Sequence record: MN850585.1
Source of the DNA: Escherichia phage skuden
DNA length: 64,000 bases
Reading direction: 5' to 3' (one strand)
Shown here: positions 9,776 through 20,350 of the stretch, piece by piece
Position numbering within the stretch: position 1 is the first letter of the stretch
How the letters are laid out: each line of letters starts with the position of its first letter
Translations under genes and position numbers: made by a program
The notes under the pieces: model-generated
What the model was told of the DNA's origin: nothing
The model's input: only the letters and a program-made list of their open reading frames with translations
Databases searched by the model: none

Positions 9776-10805
9776 TCATACACGGCTCCCAATTATATTT
9801 CTTAAAAGAGAAATTATCTTTTAGATTTCTCTCTTGATATGCTATCCAGAAATGCTGCTCCATTAACTCTAATGGCGTTTTGGTAACAGTCTGTCCATCC
9901 CATGATACATAGGTATAAGACTCTTTTTTAGCATAGAGTTCATAGATAGCATCAAGACACTCTTTGTAGGTCTCTTTACCCTCTAAAGCATTCATCACAG
10001 CTACTTTACCAGCACCTTTAAGGCCGAAGTAGTTATCTGCATTATCTCCAGCAACAGCCTGATAACACAAGAATTTAAAACCTACGCCAACTGTTTTTGC
10101 AGCTTTTGGTTTTGATTTGATAGGGCAATCCCAGATATCACCAACATTATTGTCAGCAATAAAAATTAGTGGTGACTTTTCATAAGTCATATCAATACAA
10201 TAAGTACCTTCAGCTTGTCGAAGGTCTTTGTCAATACTCATAAGAGCAGCTTTCTTACCCATCTTTTCAGCTTTAGCAATTACGATTGAATCGGCTTCGA
10301 ATCCTCCCTTTAAGAGTTTGAACTCTGGCCTTGACAGGAGGTATTCACGACAAGCGACTAAGTGTGTTGGTGTGACAGCATCTTTACGGTTACCTTGATA
10401 TTGGTGTTCAAGACCTTTAATGTCTTTATGTTTATGCACACCTTTCTCTGTTAAATAACCTACCCAAGTTCTTTCTTTACCCACAATCTTAAGCCATTCC
10501 TGAAGAACCTGTTGAGTAGCCATGATAGCTTCTTTTTCACTCTTAGCTTCTTTCCAAGTCTGTCTTTCCCATTCATCTTCATCAAATGTCAGGCCAAGTT
10601 CTTCCACAAGGATTCTCTGGTCTGCTAACCATCTTGCAGCATCTTTCGCATTATCAAATGGTTCAGATTCCTCTGCTGTGAGTTTATTGACATATTTATA
10701 TTTTGCTTTCTCAACTACACAAGCACCTTTATAGGCAATACTGTCAGAGTCGATAAAAACATGTGTAACTGAATCGGGAAGTTTTGTTAATGTGTACTTC
10801 TCCAT
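9765..10805 (-). CDS. 5'-3' exonuclease / flap endonuclease (T7 gp6-like)
   Basis: 346 aa; FIDSDS and SIDKD acidic motifs and a C-terminal region resembling T7 gene 6 exonuclease as recalled. Confidence 0.65.
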   Translation of the reverse strand: MEKYTLTKLPDSVTHVFIDSDSIAYKGACVVEKAKYKYVNKLTAEESEPFDNAKDAARWLADQRILVEELGLTFDEDEWERQTWKEAKSEKEAIMATQQVLQEWLKIVGKERTWVGYLTEKGVHKHKDIKGLEHQYQGNRKDAVTPTHLVACREYLLSRPEFKLLKGGFEADSIVIAKAEKMGKKAALMSIDKDLRQAEGTYCIDMTYEKSPLIFIADNNVGDIWDCPIKSKPKAAKTVGVGFKFLCYQAVAGDNADNYFGLKGAGKVAVMNALEGKETYKECLDAIYELYAKKESYTYVSWDGQTVTKTPLELMEQHFWIAYQERNLKDNFSFKKYNWEPCMNED

Positions 10806-10820
10806 TATGGCTCTCCATAT

Positions 10821-10850
10821 GAAAAAGCCCCATACTAAGTACAGGGCTTT
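10821..10850 (-). terminator. possible hairpin terminator after the SSB-like gene
   Basis: aaagccc...gggcttt inverted repeat with A-run on plus (U-run on minus RNA); long loop, weak. Confidence 0.3.
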
Positions 10851-10867
10851 AAGGTAACTTTTAGAGA

Positions 10868-11725
10868 TTAGTCTTCTGTATCGAAGTCTTCATCTTCTTC
10901 GTCATCTGGGTCTGGCAAATCTTCATCATCACCATCATCAGAATCATTAGAAGACTTATGGTCTGTTGCGTCTTCTTCGGTGATTTCACCGTTATCTTCA
11001 ACACCATCAAGACCAAGCATAGCCAGTTCATCTTCATCCAGTTCAGGTTCACCATTAGCACCGTTACCACCAGTGTAAGGTACAAGAGTATCAATGATAA
11101 ACTGTTCCTGAATAGGTTTTGTCAGAACATTGTTCTCAAAAGTGTAGAAGTGAGTAGAAAGAATCACACTACCAAAAGAACCGTTACCAACTGCAATATC
11201 TGGATGAATTACGTCATAGTTCTTGTCATCTTCATGTTTATCAGATGCTTGAGCTTTGATTTTCTTCATCGGCTGCTTAACAGCTACACGCTTACCATTT
11301 ACTTCTTCAATCAGCATTACAGGGAATGACTGTTTAGCTGTCCATACAGCACCATCTTTATAAGCTGCTGCACGACTTACTTTCAAGATGTAGTAAGTGT
11401 CTGCTTCAAATGGTGGTTTGCAACCAAACTTCTCTTCGAAGTCATCTGCATCAACTGCTTCAGTAGTAACTTTATCCCAGCCTTCTGGATTTTTCTTAGA
11501 CTTAGTAAACTCTTTAAACAGTTTGTTACCGTCTTCTGCCAGAATTGATACGCTGTAGTTACAGTCTTTGCCTGGGAATTTCTTATCAATAGATTTACCT
11601 TTTCCCGGACGTGGTGAAGTGTTCAGGTAATAAAACCAGACATCTTTCAGCAGGTAACGAAGAGTTTGACGTTCAGTACCGTTGTACTTCTCTACCGGAG
11701 CTTTCATTTTAACAACTTTAGACAT
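10868..11725 (-). CDS. putative single-stranded DNA-binding protein (T7 gp2.5-like)
   Basis: 285 aa with strongly acidic C-terminal tail DDEDLPDPDDEEDEDFDTED; position in replication module. Confidence 0.5.
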   Translation of the reverse strand: MSKVVKMKAPVEKYNGTERQTLRYLLKDVWFYYLNTSPRPGKGKSIDKKFPGKDCNYSVSILAEDGNKLFKEFTKSKKNPEGWDKVTTEAVDADDFEEKFGCKPPFEADTYYILKVSRAAAYKDGAVWTAKQSFPVMLIEEVNGKRVAVKQPMKKIKAQASDKHEDDKNYDVIHPDIAVGNGSFGSVILSTHFYTFENNVLTKPIQEQFIIDTLVPYTGGNGANGEPELDEDELAMLGLDGVEDNGEITEEDATDHKSSNDSDDGDDEDLPDPDDEEDEDFDTED

Positions 11726-11797
11726 TATTTAAACCTCTATCTCAATTTATGAAGAGTACCAATTCTAATTTGTTGATACTCTATTGTCAAATACTAA

Positions 11798-11946
11798 TTA
11801 CTGGAAGTTGTGCTTATCTTTAGAAGCTGCTTTACGTGCAGTTTTTCCAGTTCTTACACGTTTCTCTTCATAGTATTTTGCTGGTTTTCCAGCAGTGGCT
11901 TTTAAGGAATCCCCAAAAACTTTTTCAAATGCTTTAGAGTGTTTCA
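11798..11946 (-). CDS. small basic protein (49 aa), absent from the ORF track
   Basis: Hand translation MKHSKAFEKVFGDSLKATAGKPAKYYEEKRVRTGKTARKAASKDKHNFQ; Lys/Arg-rich. Confidence 0.35.
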
Positions 11947-12196
11947 TGATATTCTCCGATATACTTGATATTCAAACACATTTTCTTTAATTATAAACAG
12001 CCAACTAATATTATGCTGAGGCAGCGCAATGATGACTGTAATCATGCTCTGGTGGAAATCTTCTTTTATCTCAACTTCTCCATCGCATTTCATGAGGAGC
12101 ATTCTATAGAACCTATCAATCTTTGTCAAACACTCTTCCTGAAATTTATTTAAACTTTTTTCTTCAAAGAAGGGTGTGAACCCCTCTCTTTCATAG

Positions 12197-14191
12197 CTAC
12201 CACTCAGTTTCGAACGGGCAGTCATCTGCATCCTCACTTAATACAGGTGGAATCGTTGAGCTTTGACGCTGCTCTTCAGTATAGACTTCACCAGTCTCAC
12301 GGTCAAACACTTCATCCTCATAATGCGGTAAAGAGTCATCGTAATGGTCTTCAGCTTCACCAATACCAAACTGTTGGCGAATATTTTCTGCTGCACCATC
12401 AATGTCAACTCCACAACCAGATGCTTTGATGAGGCGTCCTGTATCTGGATTGTACCAAGTATGCCCAGCAATACCTGTTGACTTACCATGACGACGACAT
12501 TTAGTTAACTTGATTTTTGTCAAGTTTTTCTTAACAGGGTCTGGGTCAACTTTGTTACGCATTAACAGAATGTTGTTCATAGAAATCTGGAAATACGCAC
12601 CAGAACCTTTAATATCCTCTTCAGAGATATCTCCACCTTCAGAGTTAGCCTTCTGACCACCTGCACTTTTACGAACGTGACAGACGTTTACCTGTGCATA
12701 CTGGTAGCGTTTGCAACGGCGCAATAGCTCAGACAAAACTTCCTCTTCATCCGTATCTGAACGTGACAGAGCCAACGTAATAGGGTCAAGAATAATAATC
12801 TTACAGTCCAAGCTGTTAACAAGATAGTCAACAAATTCCAGCAAGTTATCTTGGTCAATTGCCCCTTGATGGTCTACGATGTGGATACGACGACCTTTAG
12901 ATAGCTCTGCGTGTGCTTCCTTCAATTCATCCCAATCACGTTCGTCATAAGGAATCTCAGAAATCTGCTTGCTCAGGTGGATTGCACAAAGCATCTCCAT
13001 CAACTCTTCATAGGTATCTTCTACAGGAATTACACCAATATTGTAATCGGTATCTTTCCAAGCAGTATAAATCATTTCACGAGTGTATGCAGATTTACCC
13101 ACTGAAGATGGTGCTGCCAGAGTTGTAATCTCACCTAAACCGTAACCACCATAAGTCAGCCTGTTCAAATCTCCGAAAGATTCTGGGAAAGGAATCAATG
13201 GAATCTGACCACGATTCTTCATTGCCTCAAAACCATCTGCGAAGTTCTTGATACCAGCAGGGCAGTAACGGGGTGCATTGTAGATACGCTGCTTAAATCC
13301 TTCCAGAACTGTATCTTTTTCTTTATAGAACTTTGTCCACCATTCGTTAAGGTCTTTTACACCCTCTGGATACTGGAATAAACGAACCTTCTCAATAGGT
13401 AGAATACCAGCAGCCTCTTTGGTAGCTTTAGCACCTGCTTCATCGTTATCAAAGCACAAGTAAATCTCATCAAATGATGTGATGTACTGATAGTTGTCTT
13501 TGATAGACTTAATGTTTGCACCTGATGGAACAGATACGTGACAGTAATTCTTACGGCGAGACTTATCCTTAATCGCAAGAGAAGTCATATAGATTGCTGT
13601 CGCACATTCCATCTCACCTTCCCAGATGAATAGACGGTTACCACCTTCTGGAGCAATCCATGAACCGAACATTGCCAGTTCACCTTTAATGTCTCCAACA
13701 CCACCTGAGAAGTCTTTTAGCTTACCTCGTAGGTGCTCTTTTGGATGGTCTTCTGGGTAACGATGACGTACACGGTAACCGACGTGCTCTAGCTTACCAT
13801 CTTCATTACGTTTGTAAGTTGGATAGAAATGCGCATCAATTTCACCATCACTGTCAATGTCAACCTTAATACCCAAACGCTCAAGAACTTTTGCAGGAAT
13901 CTTCCTGTCTTTCAAGTCCATTGCTTCTAGGTTTTCTTTTACATCGTCTAAATCCATTCCACGGAAAGTACGGTTTTTATTGTCTGAACCAGTAGAATAA
14001 GTGCTCACGATTTGTCCTTTATCAAAATCCCACTCTGGGAAACCTTTATTACAGCTAAAGCAAGTCATCGAATAAGAATCATCGTCATGATGGTAGATTG
14101 AACCAGCATCTGATGAACCACAACGCGGACATGCACAATGACCAATAAACTGACCAGCCTCTTTCAATTTACGACCTTTAGACATTAGCAC
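12197..14191 (-). CDS. DNA primase-helicase (T7 gp4-like)
   Basis: N-terminal zinc ribbon HCACPRCGSS...CFSCN; Walker A-like GEITTLAAPSSVGKS in C-terminal half; 664 aa. Confidence 0.85.
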   Translation of the reverse strand: MLMSKGRKLKEAGQFIGHCACPRCGSSDAGSIYHHDDDSYSMTCFSCNKGFPEWDFDKGQIVSTYSTGSDNKNRTFRGMDLDDVKENLEAMDLKDRKIPAKVLERLGIKVDIDSDGEIDAHFYPTYKRNEDGKLEHVGYRVRHRYPEDHPKEHLRGKLKDFSGGVGDIKGELAMFGSWIAPEGGNRLFIWEGEMECATAIYMTSLAIKDKSRRKNYCHVSVPSGANIKSIKDNYQYITSFDEIYLCFDNDEAGAKATKEAAGILPIEKVRLFQYPEGVKDLNEWWTKFYKEKDTVLEGFKQRIYNAPRYCPAGIKNFADGFEAMKNRGQIPLIPFPESFGDLNRLTYGGYGLGEITTLAAPSSVGKSAYTREMIYTAWKDTDYNIGVIPVEDTYEELMEMLCAIHLSKQISEIPYDERDWDELKEAHAELSKGRRIHIVDHQGAIDQDNLLEFVDYLVNSLDCKIIILDPITLALSRSDTDEEEVLSELLRRCKRYQYAQVNVCHVRKSAGGQKANSEGGDISEEDIKGSGAYFQISMNNILLMRNKVDPDPVKKNLTKIKLTKCRRHGKSTGIAGHTWYNPDTGRLIKASGCGVDIDGAAENIRQQFGIGEAEDHYDDSLPHYEDEVFDRETGEVYTEEQRQSSTIPPVLSEDADDCPFETEW

Positions 14192-14378
14192 CTCTTCGTT
14201 GTAGTTCTGCCTTCAATCCATTTTCAATCTTGTCCAGTTCATGAATTTCATCTGCAATCTCTTTCCTTCGTGATTCAACTCTCTTAAGACGTTCAATCAT
14301 TACCTCATTGGAAAGAGATGAGAGTTCCACTAAACGGTGGTCAATAACTTTAAAATTGTCTTTTACTCTCATCTTCAT
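14178..14378 (-). CDS. hypothetical coiled-coil protein
   Basis: ORF track 66 aa. Confidence 0.4.
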   Translation of the reverse strand: MKMRVKDNFKVIDHRLVELSSLSNEVMIERLKRVESRRKEIADEIHELDKIENGLKAELQRRGANV

Positions 14379-14386
14379 TCTCTCTT

Positions 14387-15130
14387 TTAAATATTCAGGA
14401 TAGCTCTTAGTTTGCTCTCAAGGTCTTCAAGAGTACCATTATTATGAATAATGTCACGCTCATATTTTGTGGAAATGCCATTTTCTGAAACATGTGATGA
14501 AACTTTGTCCACATTGTCTCTTTTTACTTCAATAGTTTGGTGTGCAAATCTACTCAGCCACTCAGCTTCAGAGTCAAATCTTAAATCACTGATTAAAACA
14601 ACACCTTCTTGATTTCTAAGTGAGCAAACATCAAAGAAATTTACCATTCGTTTTTCGAGGTCTTTAGACCAGAACTTGTCACCCATAACTTTACGGATAA
14701 CTTCAGTGCCCCAAATCTGTTGAATTTGCCTTGATGAGAATCTATACTTTTTGCTAAATCCCAGACGTGTTAATAGAGTCGGTTTAGCAACCTTCTTAAG
14801 CTCCATGATTAATCGTCCGGTTAACTCTGACATAAGCTTAAAATCCATATGGTAACGTTCGCCTTTGAAGGTGAACTCCATAGCTTCAGTAACTTTGAAC
14901 ATTAGCTCAGGATATGATAAGTCAAATACCTGTGGAGTCTCTTTAGTTTCACCATACAGGTCATTCCAAGTCAGGTCAAATATCTTTGATGCAGATAGCT
15001 TAAGGTTGTCTGCATAAGCCATTACAGCAACATTATAGCCATATTCATCCTCTAAGATGTTCTTCACAATAGAACATGAGGTGTCTTTTCCAGAACGTGC
15101 CTTTCCAGTAAATGCGATAATATTACTCAT
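14387..15130 (-). CDS. deoxynucleoside monophosphate kinase
   Basis: P-loop IIAFTGKARSGKDT at N-terminus; 247 aa, similar in size and start to phage dNMP kinases. Confidence 0.7.
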   Translation of the reverse strand: MSNIIAFTGKARSGKDTSCSIVKNILEDEYGYNVAVMAYADNLKLSASKIFDLTWNDLYGETKETPQVFDLSYPELMFKVTEAMEFTFKGERYHMDFKLMSELTGRLIMELKKVAKPTLLTRLGFSKKYRFSSRQIQQIWGTEVIRKVMGDKFWSKDLEKRMVNFFDVCSLRNQEGVVLISDLRFDSEAEWLSRFAHQTIEVKRDNVDKVSSHVSENGISTKYERDIIHNNGTLEDLESKLRAILNI

Positions 15131-15191
15131 TTTATCTCCCTTAATTACTAAAAAGCCCCCAACTAAGGAGGCTTGTAAGATTTATAAAGAC

Positions 15192-15992
15192 TTAGTGCAG
15201 TTGCTCAGCAGACTCTTTTTCAGCCATAGCTGAGAGTTGCTTCACAAAATCATCACCGAAGTTAATGCGAAGTTTCTCTTCAATGATTGAAGCACCAATA
15301 TTCACCAAAACATCATTGATTGCTTGCATACTGACACCGCCAGTCATCTCCTCAATGAACTCAATACTCATACCCATCATCTGTGAAAGTTGGATTAGTG
15401 CAACGATATTCATCATCGTAGAGATAGCTGGAATCATCAGTGCAACTTTCACCTGAAGTGGTTCTATATCAGCTACAGAGTCATTTTCAACAGCTTCTTC
15501 CAAAGAATCTTTAGTTTGCTGGATAATTTCTTGGATTCGTGGGTTTAGTTCTTCTACCCCCCAATCAAGTTTTTCATATCGTGACAGCTTCTCTTCCATT
15601 CGCTTCTCAAGAGCAGCCATAACAGCACTTGTTGATGAAATTATCATGGAAATTAACTCATTATTACCTAATGACAGTAACAAGTCCTTTTCTTCAGAGT
15701 TAAGGGAGATATAGTCATTTTTCTGCATCTCCTTAAAAATGAACTCTGCAAGAGCATCAACACCTACGACTATAGATGCCAAAGCAAGTGTAGTGTCTGT
15801 CAGCATCATGTTGACCTGTTCTGCAAAAGCACCGTTATCAGACTTGTCTTTAGGCAGGTTATAGATTGCAGGCATAAACTGTTCTGTGTAGTTGTTACCA
15901 CGAAGAATCATAGCCATGCTTTCTACGGCATTGATTAAAAATGCTTCGTCAATACCTTTTTCTTCAAGCATCTTTTCTACATCGATATTCAT
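15192..15992 (-). CDS. hypothetical protein
   Basis: ORF track 266 aa. Confidence 0.45.
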   Translation of the reverse strand: MNIDVEKMLEEKGIDEAFLINAVESMAMILRGNNYTEQFMPAIYNLPKDKSDNGAFAEQVNMMLTDTTLALASIVVGVDALAEFIFKEMQKNDYISLNSEEKDLLLSLGNNELISMIISSTSAVMAALEKRMEEKLSRYEKLDWGVEELNPRIQEIIQQTKDSLEEAVENDSVADIEPLQVKVALMIPAISTMMNIVALIQLSQMMGMSIEFIEEMTGGVSMQAINDVLVNIGASIIEEKLRINFGDDFVKQLSAMAEKESAEQLH

Positions 15993-15993
15993 A

Positions 15994-16416
15994 TTATTTC
16001 TCTCTCAGTTGGTTAAGTTTCTTTCTAGAACATTTTAAGTTTTCGGATGAAGAAAAGTCAAGTGTCTTTTCAGAACGTGGATAATAGTGCCTATCCCAAG
16101 AAGTTTCAACATCGTTAATCAGTGACGCTAGATTACACAGGTCTGTACCACTTTGCAACCTCTTTTTAAGAGAATCTAGTAAAGCAACTGTGTCTTTAGC
16201 TTTACGTCTAGCTGTAGCAACATCTTTCATATGCTCAAATACAGAGCATTTCAAGTCATCTTCATAGTTTTCAGACAACTCTATTTCATGTTGTATATCA
16301 ACCATTCTCCTGTGATGGTGAGCATATTCCCGTTGAGCAGCAATGTCAAGTTCTTCCAACTTCTGCAAAGCTCTAACAAAGTCAGCTATGTCTGGGTGAA
16401 CAAACATTTTCTGCAT
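15994..16416 (-). CDS. hypothetical protein
   Basis: ORF track 140 aa. Confidence 0.45.
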   Translation of the reverse strand: MQKMFVHPDIADFVRALQKLEELDIAAQREYAHHHRRMVDIQHEIELSENYEDDLKCSVFEHMKDVATARRKAKDTVALLDSLKKRLQSGTDLCNLASLINDVETSWDRHYYPRSEKTLDFSSSENLKCSRKKLNQLREK

Positions 16417-16590
16417 GTAAGCCTCTTTTAAGTAACTATTAAGTTTTAATCTTTTATCTTAACGTATTCTATACGTTATACTTTAAAGCTTTTTAAAAGC
16501 TATTAAATAATCTTTTAAGAGTTTTAAAGTATCTGTATAGTTAAACTGTTAAGTAACCTTTTAAGTAAAAACCCACTTCGCAAAGATTAA

Positions 16591-16614
16591 CACCTTGTCA
16601 AGTACATTGTCAAC
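16591..16614 (+). promoter_or_regulatory. conserved motif CACCTTGTCAAGT plus second TTGTCAAC half-site, copy 2 of 3
   Basis: Exact 13-mer also at 594 and 57100; divergent intergenic region upstream of the DNA polymerase gene, followed by TTTTTATAAT. Confidence 0.5.
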
Positions 16615-16673
16615 TTGCTTTTTATAATTTTTTGCAGTAATGTATGAGGTTAATGATTTTAGAGGGAGTAAAA

Positions 16674-19373
16674 ATGGAAAACGTAGATTTTAAAAACTTA
16701 CATTTGGTTGGTGATACAGAAACTGATGGTTTACTCCTTGAGTTCACTAAAGTTCACGTAATGGCTTTCGCAGACTATAAATCTGACGATGAAGAGCCGC
16801 CTGTATGGGTCTTTACAGATGAGCCTATCCTCGGTCACAAGTATACTAAGTATATTAAGGGTGGCTTACGTGAAGGTATTGAGTTTGCGTTAAAGGCAAA
16901 ACGTCTTTGCATCCATAACGGTCTCGGTTATGACTGGTGGGTTTTCAATCACATTGCACCGGATTTATGGAACTTTGATAATCCAAAATGTAAACCGTGG
17001 AGTAATTTCTTTCAGGATTCTCTTATCCAGTCTCGTGTTCAGTGGATGGATAGACCAACTCCAAAGGGCTATAAAGGTGCTCATGGTTTGGCTGCATGGG
17101 GTGCTCGTGTTGGTGTTCGTAAGCCAGAGATTGAGCATTGGGGTGTGTGGAATGCAGAAATCTTCACTCGTGTTGTAGAAGATATCCGTATTAACGCCAA
17201 AACTAAACGGGCACTTGATAACGAGTATCTCAAGCTTAAGAAGTGTGGCATAGACACTTATGAAACCTACATGCGAGCTAAAGAGACATCTTTCTGGATG
17301 AGCCAGCAAGCTATCAATGGTTGGAAAGCTGATAAAGAGCTTATGGAGTTCCATGTAAAGGAACTTGACAAGTTGACTAATGAGCTTGCTTCAGAGGTTG
17401 AACCACATCTACCTCCAACTATTAAGACCAAAGGTAAAGTCACTGGAGAAGAGTTTGCAAAAGCTTGGAATGAGTATGTTGAAACATTTGGTCATGCAGA
17501 TGGACTGAAGAGAATTACCAAGTACCCTAAGACAAAGTACCGTCAGCAGGTACGTAATGGTGAGATGCAGACATATGAAATCAAACCATTTGGTAAGCCA
17601 ACTACAAAGATTTTTAACATTGAAAAGAGAAATTGCTATACACCAACCAACTCTGTAACTGGTGAAGAGTACAAGGAAGGTTTTGTAGCAATGAAGGATG
17701 CTCGTGCAATTTGCAATGAGTTGAATGCAAAGATTGGTAAGAAGTGCAAAGACTGGAAGCCAGTAAAAACAGTTAAAACTGTGAAGTACTATAACAGTCA
17801 TGTTGTTAACCACTTTGAGCTTGAGTCAAGTCGCTACACAGGTTTGATTGATGCACCATATACACCAATTGAGTTCGAAGTTTCTCGTATGACTCAGGTA
17901 GCAGTTGTTAAAGACTACTTGAAATCAGTTGGTTGGGTTCCAGATGACTGGAACTACAAGAAAGACTCAGATGGTCGTCCTGTTAAGGTTTGTCGTTTCA
18001 AAGACAACAAAAAGATGATTACAAAGCATCCTAAGTGGCAGGAAATGGTTGAGCGGTGTGGTTTGAGTTATGTTGAACATGAAGGTGTACAGTACATCGA
18101 GCATAACTGGTCTGTGAAGAAATACACAGATTTGCTTGAGCCTTGCTTAATCCGTACTTCACCAAAACTTACTGAATCATCTTATGATACGATTGAAGGT
18201 GAGCTTGGACAGAAGATTGCGAAGTACTATACTTTGATGCACCGACGTAGAACTATTGAGAACTCAAAGGATGACGAGAAAGGTTGGCTGAACCAGATTC
18301 GTCCTGATGGTCGCCTTAGTGCTGGTGCAATGGTGTTTGGTACTTCAACTGGACGTATGACACAATATGGTATTGTAAACGTACCATCTGGTGCTGCTGT
18401 ATATGGAGCACCTATGAGGGAGGTGTGGACTTGTGAAGATGGTACAGATATCATCTCCGTAGACCAAAACTCAGCCCAGTTAGTTCTTCTTTGTAACTTT
18501 ATGGGTGATGAAGACTTCACTAAAGCGGTAACTGAGGGTAAAGAGTCAGTAGAGTTCACTAAGCAAGATGATGGTAGATACTACTGTAAGCATCTTGACA
18601 AGTATCTTAACCCAGAAACTGACAAGTATCTGCGTTATGATGCTGAGAATGACCTCTATGAAGTCTACACAGGGACTGATGCGCATACACTGAACAGTAT
18701 TTACTTTGGTCTTAACAAAGAAGAGGATATTATTCTTTGTCGGGAGACGCAGGATGAGGAACTTCTTCACGAGATTACAAAGGGTCGTAAAAAGGCTAAG
18801 AATGGCATCTACGCCCTGTTATTTGGAGCCGGAGACGAGAAGTTTGCAAAAACTATCAAAGCATCATCTACGGAAGAGGGTGCATTAACTAAACAAACTT
18901 ACTTTGTACGTCTACCTAAGATTAAAAAGCTGCTTGATAGACTAGAGGAAGACTTCAAAGCAACTAAGAAAGCACTTGAAGAGGTTTTTGGAAAAACTTC
19001 TGCAATTGCCAAAGGTGGTTATATCAAAGTTGCTGGGGCGTGGTTATGGTGTAAATCTCCACATAAGTTATTGAATTACACACTTATGGGCAGTGAGGCT
19101 CAAGTTCAGAATGAAGGTATTAACTTGGCAAACAGGGAACTCACAGAGCGTAAGCTTACAGTACTAAATGGTAGGAAGCCTGCTATTGGTGCTAGGTGGG
19201 TCTGTAGTTACCACGATGAGGTCTCTTTAGAGGTTCCAACCAAAGATGTACCTGATGTTAAGGAGATTATTGATAGAATGTATGGTCAAGCATCAAAAAA
19301 TCTTGGATTAAAGAGTAAGACGCTTGTTACAGGCACTGGTAAGGTAGGTAAGACATGGTACGCCGTACACTAA
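16674..19373 (+). CDS. DNA polymerase, family A
   Basis: Exo I DTETDGL; motif A-like VDQNSAQLVLL; motif B KKAKNGIYALLFGAG; motif C YHDEVSLEV; start set at ATG 16674 with RBS AGAGGGAG. Confidence 0.9.
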   Translation: MENVDFKNLHLVGDTETDGLLLEFTKVHVMAFADYKSDDEEPPVWVFTDEPILGHKYTKYIKGGLREGIEFALKAKRLCIHNGLGYDWWVFNHIAPDLWNFDNPKCKPWSNFFQDSLIQSRVQWMDRPTPKGYKGAHGLAAWGARVGVRKPEIEHWGVWNAEIFTRVVEDIRINAKTKRALDNEYLKLKKCGIDTYETYMRAKETSFWMSQQAINGWKADKELMEFHVKELDKLTNELASEVEPHLPPTIKTKGKVTGEEFAKAWNEYVETFGHADGLKRITKYPKTKYRQQVRNGEMQTYEIKPFGKPTTKIFNIEKRNCYTPTNSVTGEEYKEGFVAMKDARAICNELNAKIGKKCKDWKPVKTVKTVKYYNSHVVNHFELESSRYTGLIDAPYTPIEFEVSRMTQVAVVKDYLKSVGWVPDDWNYKKDSDGRPVKVCRFKDNKKMITKHPKWQEMVERCGLSYVEHEGVQYIEHNWSVKKYTDLLEPCLIRTSPKLTESSYDTIEGELGQKIAKYYTLMHRRRTIENSKDDEKGWLNQIRPDGRLSAGAMVFGTSTGRMTQYGIVNVPSGAAVYGAPMREVWTCEDGTDIISVDQNSAQLVLLCNFMGDEDFTKAVTEGKESVEFTKQDDGRYYCKHLDKYLNPETDKYLRYDAENDLYEVYTGTDAHTLNSIYFGLNKEEDIILCRETQDEELLHEITKGRKKAKNGIYALLFGAGDEKFAKTIKASSTEEGALTKQTYFVRLPKIKKLLDRLEEDFKATKKALEEVFGKTSAIAKGGYIKVAGAWLWCKSPHKLLNYTLMGSEAQVQNEGINLANRELTERKLTVLNGRKPAIGARWVCSYHDEVSLEVPTKDVPDVKEIIDRMYGQASKNLGLKSKTLVTGTGKVGKTWYAVH

Positions 19374-19858
19374 CACTTCAAGATTACAAGGATAATTTTA
19401 TTTACGACCCCGACAAAGGGGTCTTCTACAACAAGTATGACAGGAATAGACAAGCTAAAGCTGGGCAGATTGCAGGAGGTGCTGATGCTTACGGTTACAA
19501 AGTACTTAAATTCAAAGATGTCGTAATAAAAATTCATCACCTCGTTTGGTGGTTCGAACATGGTTACAAACCCACTAAGATGATAGACCACATTGATGGT
19601 AACAGGAGTAATAATCACATTTCTAATCTTAGGGAGACTGATAAATACGGAAATGCTCAAAATAGAGTAAAGCAGACAACTAACAAATCAGGTTACAAGG
19701 GTGTACATTACTTTAAAGACTGCAATAAGTGGAGGGCAGCTATAACATGCAGAGGTAAAAGGACATCACTTGGTTTATTTGACACACCTGAAGAAGCCCA
19801 TAAAGCTTACTGTGAAGCTGCTATTAAACTCCACGGAGAGTTTGCAAAACTGAGTTGA
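19355..19858 (+). CDS. HNH endonuclease with AP2-like DNA-binding domain
   Basis: HLVWWFEHGY...HIDGNRSNNHISNL HNH motif; GYKGVHYF...WRAAI AP2-like segment; overlaps polymerase 3' end by 19 nt. Confidence 0.7.
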   Translation: MVRRTLTLQDYKDNFIYDPDKGVFYNKYDRNRQAKAGQIAGGADAYGYKVLKFKDVVIKIHHLVWWFEHGYKPTKMIDHIDGNRSNNHISNLRETDKYGNAQNRVKQTTNKSGYKGVHYFKDCNKWRAAITCRGKRTSLGLFDTPEEAHKAYCEAAIKLHGEFAKLS

Positions 19859-19909
19859 CAAGGTGCTCAGGGAAGAGTACCTTATACTATATCTTGTATA
19901 GGAGGGCTT

Positions 19910-20119
19910 ATGAGCCACCGTGGAAGAACCCATGCAGCGATGATGAAAGGTGCTTCAAAGGAAACTATCAAGAACCGTAAGCAGAAGTTGTTTGAGAGAA
20001 TGAACAGGTTAATTGACAATTCATCTCTTTCAGGTTCTGAGAAGGTTTTCTTGAAAGATAATCTAAAAAGCATTGCACAAGAACTTATTGACATTGAGTA
20101 TTGGAGACATCAAAAATGA
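19910..20119 (+). CDS. hypothetical protein
   Basis: ORF track 69 aa. Confidence 0.4.
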   Translation: MSHRGRTHAAMMKGASKETIKNRKQKLFERMNRLIDNSSLSGSEKVFLKDNLKSIAQELIDIEYWRHQK

Positions 20120-20328
20120 CACTTGCAGACGTTATTCAGCAACTTCACGACAATTGCTATACTCCAGAGTTGATTCAGGAGATGTCCATTGTAGTGATGC
20201 CTAGTAAGTTCGTAAAAGGTTTTAATAGTGACTCTTTAAGGACTGCACACATCCTTATTGTTGACGGTAAGATTGCAAGAGACCGCACAGGAGTCCTTAA
20301 GGGCGAACGTATTAGTATTGACATCTGA
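20116..20328 (+). CDS. hypothetical protein (start taken at MTLADV)
   Basis: ORF track frame, ATG at 20116. Confidence 0.4.
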   Translation: MTLADVIQQLHDNCYTPELIQEMSIVVMPSKFVKGFNSDSLRTAHILIVDGKIARDRTGVLKGERISIDI

Positions 20329-20333
20329 GTATT

Positions 20334-20342
20334 GGGGGGGGG
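20334..20342 (+). repeat. G9 homopolymer tract 9 nt upstream of a start codon
   Basis: attGGGGGGGGGacaccaaaATG. Confidence 0.9.
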
Positions 20343-20350
20343 ACACCAAA

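Noticed and set aside
12238-12489. 83-aa minus-strand ORF and 60-aa plus-strand ORF overlapping the 3' end of the primase-helicase gene
   Set aside because: Overlap the helicase coding region in other frames; likely spurious.
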